Shown: positions 9,317 to 17,973, numbered from the stretch's first letter. The stretch is 55,265 nt of DNA from Thermodesulfobacteriota bacterium (GCA_046753845.1 JBHHUP010000004.1:1-55265); one strand, 5' to 3'. Numbers and translations are program-made. Notes: generated by a model not told the origin, from the letters alone.

Positions 9317-10432
9317 ATGAGCACACAGAAGAAAAGGGTTCTCTTTACAGGTTACGCGCAGGTTCATTTTGTATGTTTTCTTCCCGTGTACAAGCTGCTT
9401 GCGGCAGACCCCGATGTGGAGGTATTTCTATCCGGGGGTTTTAAACGCAAGGTGGCCGATGGGGTGGAGTACGACCTTGCCGGTTTTTACGACCCTTATC
9501 CCGTGGATAAGGATCATGTAATATCCCTTGAGAGGGTACGGTCCGAGTCTTTTGATGTCCTTGTCTCCGCCCATCTCTCTGATACGCTCTTTCCAAAATC
9601 CGTTGGCAAGAAGGTGCAGATATTTCACGGCGTATCGGTGAAGAATCTGGCCATACGCGAGAAGGCCCTGCGGTATGATATGCTCTGTCTGCCGGGACGA
9701 TATCACGCCGAGCAGTATAGAGACAACGGCCTGGTAAGAGATGGCGTGGCGTTGTGCCTTGTCACGGGTTTTCCAAAGGTTGACTCCCTTGTGGGAGGCG
9801 CTCTTAATAAAGAGGCGCTGCTTCGCGGCATGGGCCTTGACCCGGCGCTGCCTACTATTCTCTTTGCCCCCACGGGGGAGAAACATAACGCACTTGATAC
9901 AATGGGCAAGGAGGTGGTGGAGGCCCTGGGCAAGGCCGGGCAGTGGAACCTCCTTGTGAAACCTCACGACCACCCGAAGAAGGATATAGACTGGTTTACC
10001 GAGCTTGCCTCCTATGAGGGCAAGACCATGCGTCTTGTAAAGGAGCGGGACATTATCCCTTACCTTTATGCCGCCGACCTGCTTCTTACGGATATGTCTT
10101 CAGTGGCCGTGGAGTACACGCTCCTGGACAGGCCCATTGTCTTTTTACATATACCAAAACTCATGAAAAGGATTAAGAAACGCTCTCCCGCCCTTGACCT
10201 TGATACTTACGGCACGAAGATAGGGAGCGTGGTCTCTGATATTGCTGCCCTTATCCCGGTTATCTCCGAGAGCCTTTCCAGCCCCGCCAAAGAGGGTGAA
10301 CTTCGTCGGGCCATGGCCGCCCATCTCTTTCACGACCCCGGGCATGCCGCTATTAACGTGGCAGGCGTTGTGCGCTATGCGGCCGGTCTCACGGCAACCC
10401 TGCCATCAGGCGTAGAGGTCTTGAACGCTTGA
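9317..10432 (+). CDS. CDP-glycerol glycerophosphotransferase family protein (TagB/TagF-like)
   Basis: The C-terminal region LLTDMSSVAVEYTLLDRPIVF, together with the HDHP segment, resembles the Glyphos_transf family. There is no TM segment. ATG 9317 is preferred over the adjacent TTG 9314. Confidence 0.65.
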   Translation: MSTQKKRVLFTGYAQVHFVCFLPVYKLLAADPDVEVFLSGGFKRKVADGVEYDLAGFYDPYPVDKDHVISLERVRSESFDVLVSAHLSDTLFPKSVGKKVQIFHGVSVKNLAIREKALRYDMLCLPGRYHAEQYRDNGLVRDGVALCLVTGFPKVDSLVGGALNKEALLRGMGLDPALPTILFAPTGEKHNALDTMGKEVVEALGKAGQWNLLVKPHDHPKKDIDWFTELASYEGKTMRLVKERDIIPYLYAADLLLTDMSSVAVEYTLLDRPIVFLHIPKLMKRIKKRSPALDLDTYGTKIGSVVSDIAALIPVISESLSSPAKEGELRRAMAAHLFHDPGHAAINVAGVVRYAAGLTATLPSGVEVLNA

Positions 10433-10515
10433 TCCTCTATGATTTATGATGGCGTAATCATTACAGTAAAGCAGAGTGGCCCGGAAGCGCATGTGTCTCT
10501 CTGCCATGGTTTATA

Positions 10516-12264
10516 ATGTGGACCAGCAAGAAAAAAAACCGCGCCTTTAATACGCTCTTTACTTACGGGGGCCATCACAGCACGTGGCTTTACAGGGGCA
10601 CGGCTGCAACTATTGGTGTGGTATTTTTTCGTCTCCTCATGCCCTGGCCGCTGCGCGGCGTTATTGAGGTAGTCTTTCCGCAGGGCTCCCATAAGGGCTG
10701 GCTCCTGATGAGCTATTTTCCGGAGTGGGGAAACCCTGTGGTTATGCTGGGGGGCATCTATGTCCTATTGGCCCTGGGGCTTGGTCTGGCGGAGATGAGC
10801 CAGCGCGTAAACCTCAAGAGGTTTGCCTCGCAGACCGCCCATGATATGCGCGCCGCTGCCGTGGAAGGCGCACGTATCATGCCTCTGCACAAGCGTACTG
10901 CTACAGGCGATATTGTCTCGCGTATCATCGGGGACAGCGCACGCATCAAGGCCGGGCTCTCGGGGGTCATGGTCCACGGCCTGCAGAACGGGATGCTCTT
11001 TCTCGCTGCCTGCGCGGTAATGGCCTATGTCTCATTCTGGTTTGCCCTTATATTTCTGCTCTCAGGCCTTATCGCCCTCTATATTGGAGTTTATACCTCG
11101 GCACCTGTAGCAGATACGGCCAGTAAATTAAGGCGCAAGGAGGGCAATTACGCCGCGGCTATAGCCGATGGTCTGGACGCAGGGGTCATGAACCTTAATA
11201 TGGACGATATTAACTGGTCCAGCGCGCGAAAGACCGTTCGCATAACGGCCATGATAGCTCGTTCATCGGTATACGTACATGTAATACTGGCCGCCTCCGT
11301 TGCCCTTGCCCTATGGATAGGGGCCATGGGGGTGAAGTCGGGAAGCCTTGCCCCTGGGGATCTGTTTATATTTATCGCCTACGCAATGACGGTACACCGC
11401 CGTATGGTGCAGGTGGGCAGGCAGATAGCCCGCTCCGGCAAGGTGCTGGCATGCGCCGATAGAATTGGTGTTTACTCGGATTATATGAGAGGCGCCGCCG
11501 AGGAAATTGGTGCGGCGGGCGATAAAGGGGCTGTGCCTCTTACATCAGGGCTCCGTCTTGAACGGGCAGGGCTTGACGCCGGACAGGGCCGCGAGGGCAG
11601 GCCGCGATTGCGCCGTCTGGATCTGCTTCTTGAACCCCGGACTCGTGTGGCGGTGGTGGGCCCCGAGGGATGCGGTAAATCAAGCCTTCTGAAGATTCTC
11701 TCAGGCGTAGAGGTCCCGGACAGGGGGCGGGTTTACTGGGACGGGGAGAAGATATTTAAAAAAGAGGGCGGCCTTGCCTCGCGCGTGGCCTATATGCCTC
11801 AGGACCCCATATTGCCGCCCGTAAGGGTATGGAAACATCTCGGCCTTCAGGCAGAGGAGAAACTCAGCGCTGAAGATGAGAAGATTCTGGAAAATATCGG
11901 GGTCTCGAAGATAATCGAGACCTTTACCAAGGGCCTTGAGCAGAAGATAGCCTCTAACGCAATGACGAGAAATGAGGCGCGCCTCTTGCGCCTTGCCGGC
12001 ATACTGCTTCGTGATACATCCTCGGTCTGGCTTCTCGATAATCCTCTTGCCGACCTTGGCGGCAAGAAGGCCCGTTTATGTATTGATGAGATTCTTGCCC
12101 GTTCAGGCGAGCGTCTTCTTGTCATAGCGCTGCCGGGCTCGCGCCATGTTAAGTATTTTGACAGGGTTATTTCCATGCGTAAGGGCAGAGTTCACTTTGA
12201 CGGCACGCCTGCGGAGTTTGAGCAGTGGAAGCTTTCCGAAGCCGAAGTGGATAAAAAGGACTGA
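10516..12264 (+). CDS. Fused TMD-NBD ABC exporter with degenerate ATPase motifs
   Basis: 582 aa with an N-terminal multi-TM domain. Walker A (GPEGCGKS) and the Q-loop (YMPQDP) are present. The Walker B region reads VWLLDNP, so Asn replaces the catalytic Glu, and no LSGGQ signature is recognisable where one is expected (..ASNAMTRNEARLL..). Confidence 0.8.
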   Translation: MWTSKKKNRAFNTLFTYGGHHSTWLYRGTAATIGVVFFRLLMPWPLRGVIEVVFPQGSHKGWLLMSYFPEWGNPVVMLGGIYVLLALGLGLAEMSQRVNLKRFASQTAHDMRAAAVEGARIMPLHKRTATGDIVSRIIGDSARIKAGLSGVMVHGLQNGMLFLAACAVMAYVSFWFALIFLLSGLIALYIGVYTSAPVADTASKLRRKEGNYAAAIADGLDAGVMNLNMDDINWSSARKTVRITAMIARSSVYVHVILAASVALALWIGAMGVKSGSLAPGDLFIFIAYAMTVHRRMVQVGRQIARSGKVLACADRIGVYSDYMRGAAEEIGAAGDKGAVPLTSGLRLERAGLDAGQGREGRPRLRRLDLLLEPRTRVAVVGPEGCGKSSLLKILSGVEVPDRGRVYWDGEKIFKKEGGLASRVAYMPQDPILPPVRVWKHLGLQAEEKLSAEDEKILENIGVSKIIETFTKGLEQKIASNAMTRNEARLLRLAGILLRDTSSVWLLDNPLADLGGKKARLCIDEILARSGERLLVIALPGSRHVKYFDRVISMRKGRVHFDGTPAEFEQWKLSEAEVDKKD

Positions 12265-12297
12265 CCTTTGTTTCATCTTTAAGAGGAAGGAATATAT

Positions 12298-13545
12298 ATG
12301 CAGGCAGTAATCTTAGCGGCAGGATACGGTAGCCGTCTTGAGCGGGTCTCAAATGGTAAGCCAAAGTGCCTTTTAAATGTCGGCGGAACCACGCTTCTGG
12401 AGCACCAGCTTGAGGCCCTGAACGACGCGGGTATCGGCAAGGTCCTTGTTATCGTAGGGTACAAGGCCGATGAGGTGCGCGCCGCCATTGGAGAGCGCGT
12501 TGAGTATATTGAGAACACCCGTTATGACGAGACTAACAGCCTCTACTCCCTGTGGCTCGCCCGTGACTGGATAGAGGGCCCCTTTGTCCTTATGAACTGC
12601 GACCTGCTCTTTCATCCGCAGATACTGGACCGTCTACTTGCACAGGGCGGTAACGGCCTTGCCTTTGATTCATCAAGCACGGGAGGGCGTGAGCAGACCA
12701 AGGTGGCTGTGCAGGAAGGCAGGGTAGTGGACCTTGGAAAAGATCTGCCTCCCGAGGCATCGCGCGGCGAGAGTATCGGGCTTACCTGTTACGACGAGAG
12801 AGGGTCCCATAACCTCATGGCAAGGGCCGACGCCCTTATTGATAACGGCGCCGAGAACTGCTGGAGCATAGAGGCCATACGGGCTATCAGCTCAACGGTT
12901 GATATGAAGGCATATAATGTCGCTGGCATGCCCTGGGTAGAGGTTGACTTTCCAAATGACCTTGTACGCGCCGAAAAAGAGGTCTGGCCCGCTATCATGA
13001 AGAGCAGGTGGAAGAGGACCATACACTGGAAGACCACCAAGTATTTTGTCATGGCCTTTATATCCGTAGTACTTTTAATGATAGGTATCAAGGTTGGTAA
13101 TTATTCCGGCGCAGAAAAGGTGAACTGGACCTCCGAGGCCCCCATAAACGGGAAAAAGGTCTTATTGAAGGTTCCAAAAGGCTATCAGAAGTGGTGGGCC
13201 TCCACTACGGGCAGTCCTCTTAAGGTGAAGTTCGAGGGGCCTCTTCGTATAAGGGCCTATGCGCGCCTGCTTATGCCCCCCGATAGGGTTGAGCCCGGAA
13301 AGTACGTTGTTCAGATATCCCTTGACGGTAAACCCTATGCCTGGAGCGTATTTAAGGCCACCCCTGATAAGAGTGTCTCTTTTGAGGGCGCTGTAGTAGG
13401 AGACCGCGACAGGGTCGATGTAGATGTGCCCGAGGGCTCTCACACGGTGGAGTTCGGGCTTGTGGCGGGTGTATCCGATAGGTTTCTCGGCAGGATCCGG
13501 TACCCTGAGCCTGTCTCCGGTGATGTAAGTAAGAAAGGGGATTGA
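12298..13545 (+). CDS. Nucleotidyltransferase (cytidylyltransferase-like, MobA/LicC-type fold) fused to one TM helix and a C-terminal beta-rich domain
   Basis: 415 aa. The N-terminal G-rich loop is AVILAAGYGSRL..GKPKCLL. One hydrophobic helix (YFVMAFISVVLLMIGIKV) is followed by about 150 aa rich in beta-strand-forming residues (KVKFEGPLRIRAYARLL..YVVQISLDGKPY..HTVEFGLV). Confidence 0.7.
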   Translation: MQAVILAAGYGSRLERVSNGKPKCLLNVGGTTLLEHQLEALNDAGIGKVLVIVGYKADEVRAAIGERVEYIENTRYDETNSLYSLWLARDWIEGPFVLMNCDLLFHPQILDRLLAQGGNGLAFDSSSTGGREQTKVAVQEGRVVDLGKDLPPEASRGESIGLTCYDERGSHNLMARADALIDNGAENCWSIEAIRAISSTVDMKAYNVAGMPWVEVDFPNDLVRAEKEVWPAIMKSRWKRTIHWKTTKYFVMAFISVVLLMIGIKVGNYSGAEKVNWTSEAPINGKKVLLKVPKGYQKWWASTTGSPLKVKFEGPLRIRAYARLLMPPDRVEPGKYVVQISLDGKPYAWSVFKATPDKSVSFEGAVVGDRDRVDVDVPEGSHTVEFGLVAGVSDRFLGRIRYPEPVSGDVSKKGD

Positions 13546-13570
13546 GGCCGGTCTTTATCCCGGCCTCAAT
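13541..13570 (+). terminator. Perfect 11-bp inverted repeat overlapping the stop codon of the preceding gene
   Basis: ATTGAGGCCGG - TCTTTATC - CCGGCCTCAAT. No T-run follows, so a terminator function is uncertain. Confidence 0.3.
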
Positions 13571-13654
13571 CCGAGCAGCTGTCTTTGAGCCCTGTCCTGC
13601 CTCATTGTCTCTTGCCGTGCCGTGTTTGAGTATCCATGCCCCTGCCGCCCTTTC

Positions 13655-13682
13655 TTGCAAAATCCCGCTTCTGGTGTATAAT
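13655..13682 (+). promoter_or_regulatory. Sigma70-type promoter for the Rieske-Grx-FTRc-Rieske operon
   Basis: TTGCAA (13655-13660) - 16 nt - TATAAT (13677-13682), about 50 nt upstream of ATG 13734. Confidence 0.45.
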
Positions 13683-13733
13683 ATAAAATCAAAGTCAGAT
13701 TTCATATAACAGGGCCTTGAGGAGCGAGGTGAT

Positions 13734-14051
13734 ATGCCTTCAGATCCATGGGTTTATGTCGTTGATGAGTCAGATCTCTCCGACTCAATCCCTCTTGTGG
13801 TGAGGCCGAGGGGCGTACCGGTATTACTTATAAAAAAAGAGGGGCAGATCTACGCCCTTACAAATAAGTGCTCCCATATGGGCTGCCCTCTTGACGGCGG
13901 TTCTCTTTCAGATTACATCATAGAGTGCCCCTGTCATGACTGGAGATACGATATAAGGACGGGCCGTTTTCTTGGGGCGCCCGAGATATCCCTGAAAATG
14001 TACGAGTGGTCTCTTGACGATGGCAGGGTATTTATCAATATAGAGGTGTGA
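13734..14051 (+). CDS. Small Rieske [2Fe-2S] domain protein
   Basis: 105 aa with the Rieske ligand motif CSH-x16-CPCH (CSHMGCPLDGGSLSDYIIECPCH). Confidence 0.85.
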   Translation: MPSDPWVYVVDESDLSDSIPLVVRPRGVPVLLIKKEGQIYALTNKCSHMGCPLDGGSLSDYIIECPCHDWRYDIRTGRFLGAPEISLKMYEWSLDDGRVFINIEV

Positions 14052-14054
14052 GGT

Positions 14055-14327
14055 ATGGAAAAGGTTCTCTTTTACGCTCTTACCACCTGCCCGGGGTGTC
14101 GTAAGACCAGAAAATTCTTTCTTGATAACAACGTTGAGTTCGAGTATCTGGAGTACGATTCCGCCGGCCCCGAGGAGCAGGCCGAGATTCGAAAAAACAT
14201 GGATGCCTCGGGAACACCGTCCTTTCCCTGGGTGCGCATAGGCGAGACCGTGGTGGTGGGTTATAACCCCGTGCTGTACGCCGAGCTCCTCGGGTTAAAG
14301 CTGGAAAAGAAACCATGGGAGAGATAA
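14055..14327 (+). CDS. Glutaredoxin-like / thioredoxin-fold protein (CPGC active site)
   Basis: 90 aa. The N-terminal beta-alpha element carries CPGC (VLFYALTTCPGCRK), and ..TPSFPWVRIG..VVGYN follows the glutaredoxin cis-Pro/GG-type pattern. Confidence 0.75.
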   Translation: MEKVLFYALTTCPGCRKTRKFFLDNNVEFEYLEYDSAGPEEQAEIRKNMDASGTPSFPWVRIGETVVVGYNPVLYAELLGLKLEKKPWER

Positions 14328-14668
14328 AGGCCCCCTCGAAGAGTATCGTGGAGGCGAGGAAGAAGGCCTTAAAATTTCTCTTCGAGTATGTAGTGGACCT
14401 GCTGGGGTATAAGTTCAGCCCCGATGAGGAGGATGTGGATTTTCTACTTGAGCAGGAGGTCCTTATAGAGGCCGCTAAAGGCGCGCCTTATTGTCCCTGT
14501 CAGGGGCTTACAGGGGTGCGTGAGTTGGATATGAAGATAGTCTGCCCCTGCATACCCTTTCACAGGGCTCATTTTGACCGTATGAGACGGTGCTGGTGCG
14601 GGCTCTTTGTCCATAAGGACGTTACCGAGCCCGGGAGACTGGAGATTATCCCCCCTGATGAGGCCTGA
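14315..14668 (+). CDS. Ferredoxin:thioredoxin reductase catalytic-subunit-like protein (FTRc-like)
   Basis: 117 aa. The Cys pattern CPC-x14-CPC-x13-CWC..LF matches the FTR catalytic-chain CPC..CPC..CHC..LF architecture. It overlaps the upstream Grx-like gene by 13 nt. Confidence 0.7.
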   Translation: MGEIKAPSKSIVEARKKALKFLFEYVVDLLGYKFSPDEEDVDFLLEQEVLIEAAKGAPYCPCQGLTGVRELDMKIVCPCIPFHRAHFDRMRRCWCGLFVHKDVTEPGRLEIIPPDEA

Positions 14669-14679
14669 GGACCTATGGC

Positions 14680-15072
14680 ATGTTTGTAGAGGTGGCGAAA
14701 AAAGGCGATATAGCCCCCGGCGGGATGAAGGGATATACTGTTAAGGGCAGCTCCATAGTACTCTGTAATGAGGGCGGGAAGTTTTATGCTGTCTCAGGAA
14801 GATGCGGGCACATGAGGGCCCGCCTTGAAAAAGGCACCCTTGTCGGGTATATACTCACCTGCCCCTGGCATTACTCCCAGTTTGATATTCACGATGGAAG
14901 GGCCCTTAGCGGTCCCGTGCCCTGTGGTCCCGGGGTAGGAGCAAATAGCGCCTCCTGCCCCTCGGACTTTTTCCGGCGTATGGGGCAGAGGTTTATTGGG
15001 CATATAAGAACGAGTGATCTAAAGACATTCAAGGTAATGCTCGAAGGTGAGAGTATAAAGGTCGATCTTTAA
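14680..15072 (+). CDS. Rieske [2Fe-2S] domain protein with C-terminal extension
   Basis: 130 aa with the motif CGH-x16-CPWH (CGHMRARLEKGTLVGYILTCPWH). Confidence 0.85.
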   Translation: MFVEVAKKGDIAPGGMKGYTVKGSSIVLCNEGGKFYAVSGRCGHMRARLEKGTLVGYILTCPWHYSQFDIHDGRALSGPVPCGPGVGANSASCPSDFFRRMGQRFIGHIRTSDLKTFKVMLEGESIKVDL

Positions 15073-15154
15073 TTTTGTATCCCTTAATCTCCGGCTGGGA
15101 CGAGAGGGGCGGCGGGCCTTATTATACAATTCTCTTAAGGAGACCTGATTAGGC

Positions 15155-16306
15155 ATGAAAATAGATTATAACGGCACAGAAGACCTTACGCTTGGTGTGG
15201 AGCTTGAGCTGCAGCTTCTCGACTCTGAGAGCCTTGAGCTTGCCTCGCGCTCCTCTCATATTATCGAGGCCCTTGACGGCTTTGGGGGCTCTGTAAAACA
15301 CGAGCTCATGAGAAGCAACCTTGAGGTGATTTCAAAAAAGTGCTATAGCGTGGCCGAGGCCGAAGATGACCTCTCCGCAACCCTGGTCCCTGTTATAAGG
15401 GAGGCAAAAAAGCAGGGCGTGCTTATCGCGGCGGCAAGCACGCACCCCTTTTCGCGCTGGAAGGCGCAGAGCGTTACTCTTGATAAACGGTACGGCGAGC
15501 TTCTTGATAACCTGCAGATGGTGGCCAGAAGGTTTAATATCTTCGGGCTTCACGTGCATGTGGGTATCCGCAGCGCCGAGAAGTGTATATATGTAATGAA
15601 CAGGCTGCTCTATTACCTGCCTCATCTTCTTGCGCTTTCTTCCAACTCCCCTTACTGGGAGGGTGAGGACACAGGGCTGAAATCCTACAGGATAAAGGTC
15701 TTTGAGAACCTCCCCATAGGAGGTCTGCCCTTTTATTTTCATAATTTTGCCGATTACTCAAAGCTGGTAAATACCTATATAGCAACAGGCACCATTAAGA
15801 CCATACGCGAGCTCTGGTGGGACGTGCGGCCTCACCCCAACTTCGGCACTATTGAGGTGCGGATATGCGATATACCCTCTACCCTCGGAGAGGTCATGGC
15901 TGTAGCCTCCTTTATTCAGGCCCTCGTTAAAAAATTCGGCGAGGACTTTGACCGCAGCGTCTGCTTTAAGAGGCCCCATTCTGCGATTATCAGGGAGAAT
16001 AAATGGCGCGCCTGCAGGTACGGCCTCGGCGGCGAGTTCATTACCGAGGACGGCACGGCTACGATAGGGGCGAGAAAGGCCATAGTGGAGCTCCTTCGGT
16101 GGTGCGCCGAGGGGGCCTCTTCGCTTGGCACGGAGTCTTATCTGGCAGACCTTGAAGATATGCTTACACGCGGCGACTCCGGCGCTACGAGGCAGCTTGA
16201 GGTATGTGAAGATAAGGGCGGTTTTAAGGGGCTCTGCCGCGAGCTTGCCCGTATTTTCGAGGCCGGGGTCCTCAAGGCCCGGGGGCCGGGGGGCGGGGAG
16301 AGTTGA
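15155..16306 (+). CDS. ybdK: Carboxylate-amine ligase, YbdK / glutamate-cysteine ligase family 2 (GCS2)
   Basis: 383 aa. LGVELELQLLD, GLHVHVG and SSNSPYWEGEDTG follow the GCS2 family pattern. Confidence 0.85.
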   Translation: MKIDYNGTEDLTLGVELELQLLDSESLELASRSSHIIEALDGFGGSVKHELMRSNLEVISKKCYSVAEAEDDLSATLVPVIREAKKQGVLIAAASTHPFSRWKAQSVTLDKRYGELLDNLQMVARRFNIFGLHVHVGIRSAEKCIYVMNRLLYYLPHLLALSSNSPYWEGEDTGLKSYRIKVFENLPIGGLPFYFHNFADYSKLVNTYIATGTIKTIRELWWDVRPHPNFGTIEVRICDIPSTLGEVMAVASFIQALVKKFGEDFDRSVCFKRPHSAIIRENKWRACRYGLGGEFITEDGTATIGARKAIVELLRWCAEGASSLGTESYLADLEDMLTRGDSGATRQLEVCEDKGGFKGLCRELARIFEAGVLKARGPGGGES

Positions 16307-17874
16307 AGGGCATAATAGCAGGGGGGCACGAGCTGACGGTAAGCGCCGGGGCGGCCATGTTTGCTGAGGGCGGTAATGCCTTTGACGCGGCCGTGGCCGC
16401 GGCCTTTGCCTCTTTTGTGGCAGAGAGCGCCCTGACAAGCGCCGGAGGCGGCGGTTTTATGACGCTCCATAGCTCCTGCGGCGAAAATATGACCTATGAT
16501 TTTTTTACCACCATGCCCGGACTCGGGGCCGGAGAGAGGGGCGAGCTTGATTTTTTCCCCCTTCATATAGACTTTGCCGACGCGCTGCAGACAGTATACA
16601 TAGGCCGCGCCGCCGCCGCCGTGCCAGGGGTTGTCGCCGGTCTTGCCGAGGTGCAAAAAGACCACTGTACTCTGCCAGTAGAGGTACTTCTTCAGCCCGC
16701 CATAAAGATGGCCCGCAGCGGGGTGCCCGTAAACGCGGCGCAGTCTTACTTTAATACCCTTCTTGAGCCAATGCTTCGCTCATCCCCTGAGCCTACGGGT
16801 ATATACATGCCCGAGGGGCGCGCCCTTATGGAGGGCGAGGTTATTAAGCACGAGTCCATGGCCCGCACCTTTGAGTCCCTTGTTAAAGAGGGCCTCGGGA
16901 GCTTTTACACCGGTGAGGTGGCAGAGGGTATCCTGAAGGGTTTTGGAGTACAAATTGGGGGGCTTATTACAGAAGAGGACCTGGCAACATACCGCCCCGT
17001 AATACGAAAACCCATTGAGCTCGGTTATCGGGGCAGGACCATATACACAAACCCGCCACCATCTTCAGGCGGACCCCTTATCGCCTTTGCCTTAAGGCTT
17101 CTTGAGGATATGGACATAGGGGCCATGGGACATAACAGTGCCTACTATATGCGAGGCCTCGCTCATGTCATGAGGATTACCGATGAGGCCCGCCGCGCTT
17201 CTTTTGACCACAGTCTCTTTGAGGACGGACTTCTGGAGCGTTTTTTATCAGATGAGCATATGAAGGAGTTCAAGAGCAGGCTCGCTGAAGAGGTGGGCGG
17301 CAGCGGCCTTCATGGGGCCCGCCCCCTTGGCGATACCACTCATATAAGCGTTGCCGATGAGGCAGGTAACCTTGTATCCATGACAACCTCGGTGGGCATG
17401 GGCTGCGGGTTCATGATACCCGGTACCGGCGTAATGATGAACAATATGCTCGGCGAGCACGACCTTAACCCTCAGGGCTTTCACGCGATTCCCGCGGGGC
17501 TCCGCCTCAGTTCCATGATGGCCCCCACTATTGTTATGCGTGACGGAGCCGGCGAGATGGTCCTTGGCAGCGGAGGCTCCAAGCGTATAAGGAGCGCCGT
17601 ACTGCAGACCATGCTTAATGTCATAGACTTCGGCCTGCCCGTGGGCAAGGCCGTGAACGAGGCGCGTATTCATTTTGAGGACGGCCTTATTGATATTGAG
17701 GATGGCGTGGCAGGTCCTGAGATAGAGAAGCTTATTGCCATGGGCGCCGGGGTTAAGAGATGGAGCAAGAAAGACATGTACTTCGGCGGGGTCCACACCA
17801 TTATATCTGAAGAGGGGGTCTTTACGGGCTCGGGAGACCGCAGGCGCGGCGGGGCTGTTAAGGAGTTTCCTTGA
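16303..17874 (+). CDS. ggt: Gamma-glutamyltransferase family protein, cytoplasmic (no signal peptide)
   Basis: 523 aa. The sequence starts directly in the conserved domain (..AGAAMFAEGGNAFDAAVAAAF) and has the Ntn autoprocessing site GDTTHISVAD. The TTG start overlaps the ybdK stop (TTGA). Confidence 0.85.
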   Translation: MKGIIAGGHELTVSAGAAMFAEGGNAFDAAVAAAFASFVAESALTSAGGGGFMTLHSSCGENMTYDFFTTMPGLGAGERGELDFFPLHIDFADALQTVYIGRAAAAVPGVVAGLAEVQKDHCTLPVEVLLQPAIKMARSGVPVNAAQSYFNTLLEPMLRSSPEPTGIYMPEGRALMEGEVIKHESMARTFESLVKEGLGSFYTGEVAEGILKGFGVQIGGLITEEDLATYRPVIRKPIELGYRGRTIYTNPPPSSGGPLIAFALRLLEDMDIGAMGHNSAYYMRGLAHVMRITDEARRASFDHSLFEDGLLERFLSDEHMKEFKSRLAEEVGGSGLHGARPLGDTTHISVADEAGNLVSMTTSVGMGCGFMIPGTGVMMNNMLGEHDLNPQGFHAIPAGLRLSSMMAPTIVMRDGAGEMVLGSGGSKRIRSAVLQTMLNVIDFGLPVGKAVNEARIHFEDGLIDIEDGVAGPEIEKLIAMGAGVKRWSKKDMYFGGVHTIISEEGVFTGSGDRRRGGAVKEFP

Positions 17875-17973
17875 TTCAGGGGAAGATATATAGAAGAAAT
17901 ATAAAAGATTAAGTAAACCCACGGCAGTGAGCCGTGGCCTTATGTTTATACCTTGTAGAGGAGTTTTGCCGGT

